64,000 nt of DNA from Deltaproteobacteria bacterium (GTDB lineage: Bacteria; Desulfobacterota; GWC2-55-46; JAJCZF01). Position 1 is the stretch's first letter, and every line of letters begins with the position of its first letter. The stretch covers positions 3,378-67,377 of the forward strand of contig JAJCZG010000119.1 in NCBI GenBank assembly GCA_029262475.1. Reading direction: 5' to 3'. The position numbers were made by a program, and so were the translations under genes. Below, one piece after another: positions 18,917-26,969 of the stretch. The notes beneath the pieces were generated by a model. It was given only the letters and a program-made list of their open reading frames with translations. It had not been told where the DNA came from and searched no databases.

Positions 18917-21406
18917 CTACTCTTTAGCGCTCTTATCCTCTTTCATATAGAATTTTTTCAGGTTAAATCTGGCGTTGACGTGCTCGGGATCAATCTTCAG
19001 GGCTTCTTTATATGACTTCTCCGCCTCTTTCGTTCTGCCTACCTTTTCATAGAGGATACCGAGGTTATTTAAGGCATAGGCATGTTTCGGGTCGGAACGC
19101 AGAGCCTCCTTGTATGCCTGCTCAGCCTCGGTAAGCAGGCCCATCTTGCCGTATATAATACCCTGGTTATAATAGCCGTTGGCGTAGTCCGGGTCAAGCT
19201 TCAGGGCCTCTTTATAAACATCGACGGCCGAGCGGTGCTCGCCCATCTTGCTGTAGAGATTTCCGAGGTTATTGTAGGTATAGGCATAGCCGGAGTCGAG
19301 CTTTATCGACCTCTTATAGGCCCTCTCAGCCAATTTGAACTTACCTGTCTTGGAGTATAGGTTGCCGAGGTAGTAATAAGGCCACGAGAAGTCAGGGTCG
19401 AGTTCGCTGGCCTTATTGTACTGTTCTATGGCCATCTCACTCTTCTTCATATCGTCGTAGATGGTGCCTAGCCTCAGTGTAAGTGTGGCCTTGACCTTCT
19501 TGTCGTCATGGTCCAGCGCGAGACCCTGAAAGACGTCTTCAAGCGCCTGGTGGAAGTTCTTACCCCTCCAGGCATCGGTTGAGAGAACAAGATAGTCCTC
19601 CGGAGCCCTGAGCTTCGCGTTTCTAAGCTCCGCCTCCTGAACCAGCTCAACGAGGGCCCTTGCGTCCTTCTCCGATGGTTTGTCCTGCGCCGCGCTCAGG
19701 GCAAGCGCCCTCTTCTCAGAGGTAAATGGAATGTAGGTCGGGTCAGTATTTTTGACGTAAAACCTATCCCTTAGATAGGGCTTTGCCACCAGGCCCGCTA
19801 CAGCGAGGATGCACACTATCAAGAGATAAAATATCACTGAGTGGGCCCACTCGCTTCCCTTCTTCTTCGTTGAAACGCTGCTGGGGGCCGGAGCGATATG
19901 GATCCTGCTGTCCATCCTTGAAGGGGCCTTTGGAGGGACGTACGCTCCCGGAGTCGACGGCAGGATTATGCATCGAGCCTCTCCTCGGTTCATCCTGCTT
20001 GATGGCGCCGCCTTGTTAACGGGCGGGGCCATCCACGAAGCGGTCTTCCTTGTGGTAGTCGTAACGGAACTTACCGATGGAGATACGGCGGGGGTATTGT
20101 CTTTAGACGGAGGGGTGCCGGGAGAAGAGACGGCAGGGGCAACATCAATACCTGAAGCTTCTCTTTTAACAGCGACCTTTGCGCTAATGGGCGTTACTCC
20201 TGCGCCATTGCCGCCAGGCTCCACGGAGAGCGCATCCCGTCTACCCTTCTTCTTTGTATAGAGAAAATCCTCTGGAAACCCGGCGCTATCCGTCCCTTCG
20301 AGCGTCTCTTCACCCTCCATTTCAGGCATATCGGACGAATCCAGTTCGTGGAGGTAAGGCACCCTGTGTTCGGCAAAATAAGGCTCTTTAGGCTCAGGGG
20401 CTTCCTTTGCCGCCAGAGCGCTATTTTCTTTGATACCCCTGCTGGAATGCTCTTCCGCTTCAAAGCCTTGTGACTTTTCATCACTTGTCGAGATTCTCCT
20501 CTTCCTCTCGGAGGCGGGGAATTTTTCAATATTTATCACAACGGCATCAGACTTCCAGGCTTTATCATCGGCATCTACGGCAGCCTCTGTAGTCACAGAC
20601 TCATCTTTGCGCCCAGATGAGCCCCCCGTGACATCTTCGGCGGCAGAGGAGGCTAGTACCACCGCAGGTGGTATGATCTCAACTTTACCGGCAGGGAACT
20701 CTTCAATCTTGATTGGAGATCTTTGCTCCGCCGTGGCGGCTTCTCCCGGAGCCTTTAAAGAAGGACGCGAGTGCGCGCACTCATCTTCACTAGCAAGAAC
20801 GGCAGGAAATTTCTCTATATTTATTATACTAGAAGCAAAGCTTTTTACGGAATCAGACCTCTCCGACTCTTCTTCATTCGAAGCGGTTGGCGTTTCTTTC
20901 CCGGTGGAGCGAAATTCTTCTATTACTATCGGCTGGCGCTTAGTGCTCATCACTGAAACCTCGTTGTCGTTATAATCCGCTACCGACTCTTCACGAGCCT
21001 CTCCGGCCTCCTCGGCAGCAGCGTCTTCGATAAGACCTGCTTCGGGAGCCTTCAGCTCCTCGCACTCATCAACTTCACCCGGGAGCCCTACCTCTGCAAT
21101 GATAATGGCGCTCGGGTCCGGGACTTCGATTGGCGAGGCTACCTGGAGATTCTCACTAGCTCCGGACTCAGCCATATCCTCTGTATTAGACGTCTCTGCA
21201 AGTGCACTATCTGGTGCAGCGGATATGGGGGCTTGAGCATTCTCCATAAGCTCATCAGAGAGCACGATAGCGTTATCCCACCTTCCTGCATAACCGCATC
21301 TCAGGCAATACATTACATTTCTGGCGATATTAATTCGCAGATGTGCGCCGGTGTCCGGAGCCATACCGGTATCCTGACAATAAGGACAATTACACTGTTT
21401 ATCCAT
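18917..21406 (-). CDS. Zinc-ribbon / TPR-repeat membrane protein of 829 aa. Layout: cytoplasmic CxxC...CxxC N-terminus, an acidic low-complexity linker with four I(N/E)IE(K/E)F(P/R) motifs, one transmembrane helix, then a C-terminal TPR array.
   Basis: The N-terminus reads MDKQCNCPYCQDTGM...YCLRCGYAG. Four motifs occur: QPIVIEEFRS, SIINIEKFPA, SPIKIEEFPA, AVVINIEKFPA. The transmembrane helix is SVIFYLLIVCILAVAGLVA. At least six TPR units follow, for example AYTYNNLGNLYSKMGEHRSAVDVYKEALKLDP. Confidence 0.7.
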   Translation of the reverse strand: MDKQCNCPYCQDTGMAPDTGAHLRINIARNVMYCLRCGYAGRWDNAIVLSDELMENAQAPISAAPDSALAETSNTEDMAESGASENLQVASPIEVPDPSAIIIAEVGLPGEVDECEELKAPEAGLIEDAAAEEAGEAREESVADYNDNEVSVMSTKRQPIVIEEFRSTGKETPTASNEEESERSDSVKSFASSIINIEKFPAVLASEDECAHSRPSLKAPGEAATAEQRSPIKIEEFPAGKVEIIPPAVVLASSAAEDVTGGSSGRKDESVTTEAAVDADDKAWKSDAVVINIEKFPASERKRRISTSDEKSQGFEAEEHSSRGIKENSALAAKEAPEPKEPYFAEHRVPYLHELDSSDMPEMEGEETLEGTDSAGFPEDFLYTKKKGRRDALSVEPGGNGAGVTPISAKVAVKREASGIDVAPAVSSPGTPPSKDNTPAVSPSVSSVTTTTRKTASWMAPPVNKAAPSSRMNRGEARCIILPSTPGAYVPPKAPSRMDSRIHIAPAPSSVSTKKKGSEWAHSVIFYLLIVCILAVAGLVAKPYLRDRFYVKNTDPTYIPFTSEKRALALSAAQDKPSEKDARALVELVQEAELRNAKLRAPEDYLVLSTDAWRGKNFHQALEDVFQGLALDHDDKKVKATLTLRLGTIYDDMKKSEMAIEQYNKASELDPDFSWPYYYLGNLYSKTGKFKLAERAYKRSIKLDSGYAYTYNNLGNLYSKMGEHRSAVDVYKEALKLDPDYANGYYNQGIIYGKMGLLTEAEQAYKEALRSDPKHAYALNNLGILYEKVGRTKEAEKSYKEALKIDPEHVNARFNLKKFYMKEDKSAKE

Positions 21407-21544
21407 GAAATTCCTCTAAGCTGTAGTCCTGAGAAGATTCCAAAAGAATCGACCGACTGCTCTTAAACCACTTTCCCAGGCAGTTCATAAGATGCAATGT
21501 TGCTAATTTCAACTATTTTTAGACTAAAAACGCAGGAGGAATTA

Positions 21545-21566
21545 AGCATATGCTGTGCATATGCTA
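21545..21566. promoter_or_regulatory. Tandem palindromic element AGCATATGCT-GT-GCATATGCTA, a candidate dimeric transcription-factor operator
   Basis: Two copies of the self-complementary GCATATGC core are separated by 2 nt. They sit ~140 nt upstream of the TPR gene start at 21406. Confidence 0.35.
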
Positions 21567-22030
21567 AGATTGTAATGTTTTTTATAGGCGAGAGTCAACT
21601 TTTATTTCGTATTTTTGAGTTTATTGTACAATAGCGACAAACCAGTTGTCCTTAGAGAGGGAGTTTTATAAGTGCATGAATCTATAGCAGATACTCCTGC
21701 CAGTGGCTTTGATAGTATCTCTTGTTGGCATTATTGTGTCTGAAAAAGATGGTAGAGAGCAATAAAAAGACTGTGCCCTCCCGGTAAAAGGTTACCGGCT
21801 TGCTCTGGAACTAAAATACCCCGGTCTTTCGTCTGATAGAGAGATTTGCATACGAGTTTCGCCAGTAAACGTATATCCGGAGAAATCGCTCGATATAAGG
21901 TTTTGGCTATCTTGCGTAGACCGGAGCTTAAAGATTGTGCGAATCGAAAGATAAAGGATTTGGCAAGGATTTAGTTAGGATCTATTTTGAAGAAGGGAAG
22001 GCTTAGCTGCTTGCAAGTGGTTGTTTTTAT

Positions 22031-22105
22031 TGGAGCCGGAGGGGAGAGTCGAACTCCCGACCAACTGATTACGAATCAGTTGCTCTACCCCTGAGCTACT
22101 CCGGC
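22031..22105 (-). tRNA. tRNA-Thr (anticodon CGU)
   Basis: The minus-strand sequence GCCGGAGTAGCTCAGGGGTAGAGCAACTGATTCGTAATCAGTTGGTCGGGAGTTCGACTCTCCCCTCCGGCTCCA folds into a cloverleaf. It has a 7-bp acceptor stem, a D arm GCTC/GAGC, an anticodon loop TTCGTAA (CGT) and a T arm GGGAG-TTCGACT-CTCCC. The CCA end is encoded. Confidence 0.9.
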
Positions 22106-22116
22106 GACAATTTAAA

Positions 22117-22145
22117 AGATTAAGGGATTAGCATTGTTTTGTCAA
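22117..22145 (-). promoter_or_regulatory. Promoter of tRNA-Thr
   Basis: On the minus strand, TTGACA is followed by a 17-nt spacer and TAATCT, ending ~11 nt before the mature tRNA 5' end. Confidence 0.45.
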
Positions 22146-22279
22146 GCATTTTAAGCCATTCGAGTATCTCAAAAAATCAAAACCACACTTATCTTCAACC
22201 GTTAAATTCCAGAGCAGGCTCTTGTAATAGATTGTACTCTGAAGGCACTCAAGGTTTGGGTAAAATCAGATTTTTTCTG

Positions 22280-22308
22280 TTGACACGTCGCATAAAGAAT
22301 GCTATATG
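22280..22308 (+). promoter_or_regulatory. Near-consensus sigma70 promoter with no downstream ORF. It may drive an ncRNA or a long leader of the GGDEF gene.
   Basis: TTGACA (22280-22285), a 17-nt spacer, then TATATG (22303-22308). The next credible CDS starts at 23123, ~800 nt downstream. Confidence 0.5.
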
Positions 22309-23122
22309 TATTACAGTCAAACAGAGTAAAGTTATCGCATCAGACTACTCAAACACACCACGTTACTGCATCCTGAGATTTGACAACCCGGTCTGAAATA
22401 TACTAATTGAAGACCAGCCATACGAAAAACTGCTCTCGCATCATAAGCTCTTTGAGATAACTCACGAGTTTAGGGTCGCCTAACCAGAATGTGAGATATT
22501 TCATACATTAAATCAACTAGATAAGGGCTTTGACCCCGGTCCGTTTTTCATGCAGGAATCGGGCATTAAGACGCCATCAATAATAGTCAATTTAAGCCGC
22601 TTGAATTCATGACGGACTCAAGCCCTTCTAGTGAAGATACCGTACTCTCACGTTTCATTGTGACCTTGCGGCTTTTTTCTGTAACATATTACTCTAATAC
22701 AAAAGCTATATAGTGGTTAACTCTGATATGATCGAAAAAGTTAGTCGATTATTTCTATAAATAGCTCTAAAACTGGCGGGGCCTCACTCAATATAGAACT
22801 CAAGGATAGCAGGCCTTACTCCTTGACAACACTACATATAGCAGCTAACATTAACGTTACCGTAAAATATATAATTATACAGGCGGACGTCAGCTCCTCG
22901 GTAAATATACATCTATCTGCCTGAATGGAGCCATAAACCGGCCAGTTTTTTAATTTTATCTATAACGGCCTTCAGTATTGCCGTTTGGAGGACGAGCTAG
23001 ACGTATATTTTTAAAAGAAATACGTATGGATTGCGGTTCATTTTACTCTTAAAGTAAAGATATTTTTGCTCTACCAAATATTTCACATCGCATTTTGAGC
23101 AAAATCAATCGTCCTTGTAACG

Positions 23123-24748
23123 ATGAAAGTACCTATGAAAAAAGAAACTCCAAAAGATATTACGGAGATCAGGTCTGAAAAAGAGGCCGGGAGTACCGAT
23201 AAAATTCTAGTTGTGGATGGTACGGATAAGACCCTTGACACTTCCCACAAGGAGGGTTTTGACATCCACTACGCACCCGATCTACAGGAAGCATCCAGGC
23301 TCGCCGAAGAGTTCGAGCAGTGTCTGGTTCTAGGCACCCTTACGACAGAGAAGAAGGTTCCAACCGGCACCGCCGCCCACATGAGCGGGATCACAAAGAT
23401 AAGTAAATCCCTCCAAAGCGCCCTTACGACTGTACACGAGGCCATGAGCCTGGAGGCCGCGCGCCTTGTGGAAAACAACAACGTCGGCTCCGATCAGCTC
23501 GCCTTGATAAGCACCGTCAACAAGTCTCTTCAAGAAGCCCTGACGACCGTCTACGAAGCGATGAATAACGAATCCGACAGGCTTGTGGAGTGCGACTCAG
23601 GCGAAAACTATGTGATTAAACCCTTCGAGGATGCAGAGCTTGCCGTAAGGCTAAGGGGGCTTTTAAGCTCATCGAAGGAGGTCGCCGAGCTACAGGAAGA
23701 GAAACATCGCCTTGAGAGCCTTCTTTCAATCATAAAGTCCGTACTCTCAAGCCTAAATATTGCAGACATCAGGAACGTAATCGTCACCAAACTAGCCGAG
23801 GCGATACAGACAAAAGACTGTTCGGTCCTGCTCCTTAAAAAGGATTACGATGAGTGCTTTGTCCTGGATAGCGCAAGGGGGCTCCCCAATAGCGAACTGA
23901 GGGTAGATCTCAACAACTACCCGGAACTAAAGAAGGTGCTCGACACAAAGGAGCCTCTCGCCATCAGAAATATACTCGAGCACCCCCTGATGTCAGAGGT
24001 AAAGGACTCCATCAAGGACAAGATCGAGACAAGCTCCATGGTCATACCGATAGTCTTTGACGACCCGGTCCTCGGAACGATATTCCTTAAGCTCAACAGG
24101 GGCGGAACCGAGTTCAGCGAAGAAGAGATGACGCTCTGCAGCGCGGTAGCCGAGGCATCATTTTTCGCCATGAAGAACGCCATCATCCACGAGGAGGTTC
24201 AAAAAGAGAAGGACCGCCTTAAGAAGATCGCCATAACCGACCACCTTACCAATATCTATAACCATAACTACTTCTATAAACGTCTTGCCGAGGAGTTCTC
24301 AAGGGCATCTCGTTACGATTCACCACTAAGCCTTATAATGATGGATATTGACGATTTCAAGCAGATAAACGACCTCTACGGCCACAGGGTCGGAGACGTA
24401 GTACTTCAGCAAATTGCAGGGCTACTTAAGGATTCGGTGAGGAAGGCCGATATCGTCGCCAGGTACGGCGGCGAGGAGTTTGCGGCGATCCTCCCGTCTA
24501 CGAGTATTGAAGGGGCGATTGAAGAGGCGGAGAGGATCCGTGAGAGGCTCGAAAGGCACTCCTTTGACGAGATACCTCAAAAGAAGATAACCATAAGCAT
24601 CGGCATAGCCGCTTATGACAAGAAGACCGTCATGAACCTTGGCCAGTTCGTAAATATGGCCGACCGCGCCCTCTACGAAGCCAAGAAGTGCGGCAAGAAC
24701 TGCGTTCGCGTCTCTCCTCCTGCGGACGAAATGAGGCGGCACGCTTAG
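23123..24748 (+). CDS. Diguanylate cyclase with a degenerate, split receiver-like N-terminus, a GAF-like middle region and a C-terminal GGDEF domain
   Basis: The C-terminus has ...RYGGEEFAAILP... (an intact GGEEF) together with the ...YEAKKCGKNCVRV-type ending. Receiver-domain fragments are KILVVDG... and ...NYVIKPFEDAELAVRLRGLL. They are separated by an insert carrying the repeat SLQSALTTVHEAMSLEAARLVE / SLQEALTTVYEAMNNESDRLVE. Confidence 0.8.
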   Translation: MKVPMKKETPKDITEIRSEKEAGSTDKILVVDGTDKTLDTSHKEGFDIHYAPDLQEASRLAEEFEQCLVLGTLTTEKKVPTGTAAHMSGITKISKSLQSALTTVHEAMSLEAARLVENNNVGSDQLALISTVNKSLQEALTTVYEAMNNESDRLVECDSGENYVIKPFEDAELAVRLRGLLSSSKEVAELQEEKHRLESLLSIIKSVLSSLNIADIRNVIVTKLAEAIQTKDCSVLLLKKDYDECFVLDSARGLPNSELRVDLNNYPELKKVLDTKEPLAIRNILEHPLMSEVKDSIKDKIETSSMVIPIVFDDPVLGTIFLKLNRGGTEFSEEEMTLCSAVAEASFFAMKNAIIHEEVQKEKDRLKKIAITDHLTNIYNHNYFYKRLAEEFSRASRYDSPLSLIMMDIDDFKQINDLYGHRVGDVVLQQIAGLLKDSVRKADIVARYGGEEFAAILPSTSIEGAIEEAERIRERLERHSFDEIPQKKITISIGIAAYDKKTVMNLGQFVNMADRALYEAKKCGKNCVRVSPPADEMRRHA

Positions 24749-24766
24749 CCGGCCCCGGCCTTTTTT
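24748..24766 (+). terminator. Short GC hairpin plus T6 terminator after the GGDEF gene
   Basis: gccgg-ccc-ccggc followed by TTTTTT, immediately after the TAG stop. Confidence 0.45.
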
Positions 24767-24971
24767 ACTACAGCAGCGCCGTCACCCTAGATCACCCCAG
24801 TAAATTTACCGCGATAATACCTGATCTTTAGGTGCATCTTCGCCTACCCCCCCCCTTTGCGCGACCCTATCAAAAACGGGAAGATAGAAATACAAATAAA
24901 TATTAATCTAAGCAGACTATCCGGCGCCCTCTCCCCAACCAAACGAAGCGGAGAAGGCGAGCCTTATATTA

Positions 24972-26288
24972 TTATATCGCAGCCTCGTTGGTAATCTTTA
25001 TGGCGCAGAGGCTACCGCACATCGTACAAACGTCTGAGTCTCCGGGCGCGCTCGATTCCCTTAGCGCCCTTGCACGCTCCGGGTTTATCGAGAGCTCAAT
25101 TTGAGTATTCCAATCGAGCGCCTTCCTGGCTCTTGACATCTTTAAGTCCATCTCCATTGCACCGGGGACTCCGTTTACCAGGTCTGCTGCGTGGGCGGCT
25201 ATACGAGAAGCAATGACGCCTTCGGTAACGTCCTCGGCCGTCGGGAGCCTCAGGTGTTCGCTAGGGGTAACGTAGCAGAGGAAGTCGGCACCGCTCTTTG
25301 CGGCTATCGCCCCGCCAATGGCTGAGGTTATGTGGTCGTAGCCCGGCGCGATATCGGTCACCAGAGGACCAAGCACATAGAATGGCGCACCGTTACACAG
25401 CCTCTTCTGGAGGAGCATATTCGCCTCAATCTGGTCCATCGGCATATGCCCAGGACCCTCGACCATAACTTGAACGCCCTTGTCTACGGCCCTCTTCGTA
25501 AGCTCCCCTAAAATAATAAGCTCTTCTATCTGCCCCTTATCGGTTGCGTCGGCAAGCGAGCCCGGCCTAAGCCCGTCTCCGAGGCTAAGAGACATATCGT
25601 ATTTTTTTGCGATCTCAATAAGACGGTCGTACTCTTCAAATAAAGGGTTTTCTTTCTTATTAAATTCCATCCATTCGGCGGTGAGCGCTCCTCCCCGGCT
25701 TACTATCCCCATTACCCTGCCCTCGATCTTTATGCGCTCCACCGACCTCCTCGTCACTCCGCAGTGAACGGTAACAAAATCTACCCCCTCTTTTGCCTGC
25801 TCTTCTATGACCGCGAAGATATCGTCGGCGGTAAGTTCCACAAAAGATTTGCCTTTGAGCCCGGAGTCGTGGGCGGCCTGGTATATCGGCACGGTGCCGA
25901 GCGGGATAGTCGCCTCCGCGAGTATCGCCCTTCTTATGGCGTTTATGTCGCCTCCGGTTGAAAGGTCCATCACGGCGTCGGCACCGGCGTCTATCGCGGC
26001 CCTTAGCTTAACAAGCTCTTCAGCCGGGTCGAGCACATCCTCGGATGAGCCGATATTGGCGTTGACCTTGGTCCTTAAACCTTTGCCTACGGCGAGCGGC
26101 TTTAGGTCGGTGCGCTGTGTATTTCTTGTTATGATTACCGTTCCATCGGCTATTCGGTCTCGAATATACTCGGGGGTTACGCCTTCGGCCAGCGCCACTT
26201 CCGTCATCTCTTCAGTTATAATACCCTTACGGGCGCTTTCTAGTCTCGTCATCTCGGTCCCCTCCTTTATATCCATAAATACAGGCAA
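24972..26288 (-). CDS. thiC: Phosphomethylpyrimidine synthase
   Basis: A 438-aa protein. The blocks ...DLSTGGDI..., ...VTVHCGV..., ...GIVSRGG... and the C-terminal Cys cluster CTMCGSLCAIK are ThiC signatures. Confidence 0.9.
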   Translation of the reverse strand: MPVFMDIKEGTEMTRLESARKGIITEEMTEVALAEGVTPEYIRDRIADGTVIITRNTQRTDLKPLAVGKGLRTKVNANIGSSEDVLDPAEELVKLRAAIDAGADAVMDLSTGGDINAIRRAILAEATIPLGTVPIYQAAHDSGLKGKSFVELTADDIFAVIEEQAKEGVDFVTVHCGVTRRSVERIKIEGRVMGIVSRGGALTAEWMEFNKKENPLFEEYDRLIEIAKKYDMSLSLGDGLRPGSLADATDKGQIEELIILGELTKRAVDKGVQVMVEGPGHMPMDQIEANMLLQKRLCNGAPFYVLGPLVTDIAPGYDHITSAIGGAIAAKSGADFLCYVTPSEHLRLPTAEDVTEGVIASRIAAHAADLVNGVPGAMEMDLKMSRARKALDWNTQIELSINPERARALRESSAPGDSDVCTMCGSLCAIKITNEAAI

Positions 26289-26303
26289 AATTAAATTCTA
26301 TAT

Positions 26304-26969
26304 CTAATACAATTTATTTAGAAATTCTCTAGCGCTCGATTCAACATCGTCTGTGGCCAGTATCCCGGATATAAGTGCAATGCCGTGAGCCCCGTTACCA
26401 GTGACCATCCCGGCGTTACCCGGCTTTATGCCGCCGAGGCCGAAGACCGGTATGGTAAGGGTCTCTACTACATCCTTAAGGGGGGTTAGCCCAACAGGGT
26501 CCCCGTACCGTGCCTTCGACGGCGTAAAGAATGCCGGCCCGAAGGTTATAAAATCCGCACCGGCGGCCTCTGCCTTCCTCGCCTCCGAGATTCCGTGAGT
26601 CGATACGCTTATGAGGCCGTGTTTCCAGTAAGGCCTTATATCACGGGGCGAAAAGCCGCTCTGCGGAAGGTGAACTCCGTCTGCGCCGCAGGCGAGGGCC
26701 ACATCCAGCCTGTCGTTTATAAAAAGCTTTGCTCCGTAACGCTTCGTAATATCTAGAAGCTTACTGGCCGCGTAAAGGAGAGAGCGTCCACGAAGGGCTT
26801 TTTCCCTGAGTTGAACGGCCTTTACACCGGCTTTTAGTGCCTTCTCAACCGCGCTGAGCTTTTCCGCCAGGCGCTCTTCAAATCCCTCCCCGTCCGTAAG
26901 CGTACCGTCGGTTATGAGATAGAGCTTAAAATCTACCTTTACGCCTCCTTCGACCACAGCCTCTTCCAT
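26304..26969 (-). CDS. thiE: Thiamine-phosphate synthase
   Basis: LYLITDG..., ...VQLREK... and ...GADGVHL... form the ThiE TIM-barrel motifs. The start may be later, because of a 31-nt overlap with lgt. Confidence 0.85.
   Translation of the reverse strand: MEEAVVEGGVKVDFKLYLITDGTLTDGEGFEERLAEKLSAVEKALKAGVKAVQLREKALRGRSLLYAASKLLDITKRYGAKLFINDRLDVALACGADGVHLPQSGFSPRDIRPYWKHGLISVSTHGISEARKAEAAGADFITFGPAFFTPSKARYGDPVGLTPLKDVVETLTIPVFGLGGIKPGNAGMVTGNGAHGIALISGILATDDVESSAREFLNKLY

Larger units (their letters stand above)
21407..23122. other. A 1.7-kb AT-rich non-coding island between divergent genes. It holds tRNA-Thr and promoter elements.
   Basis: No ORF of 60 aa or more has coding character here. 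The only tracked ORF, 22139..22396, spans a promoter and looks spurious. Base composition is visibly lower in GC than the flanking genes. Confidence 0.6.

Noticed and set aside
22031-22105. Possible integrated element at tRNA-Thr
   Set aside because: No integrase, excisionase or phage genes occur within several kb. No direct repeat of the tRNA 3' end was seen. The flanking genes are chromosomal housekeeping and signalling genes.
22139-22396. 85-aa ORF in the AT-rich island
   Set aside because: It spans a strong promoter (-35 and -10 inside the ORF), sits in AT-rich low-complexity sequence and has no homology features. It is probably a non-coding or regulatory region.
23122-23123. c-di-GMP (GEMM) riboswitch in the long leader of the GGDEF gene
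   Set aside because: I looked for the GEMM-I conserved blocks (…ACGCACAGGGCAAACC…/…GGCCUAAACC…) between 22310 and 23120 and saw none. This is recorded as absent by eye only. An Infernal scan would be decisive.
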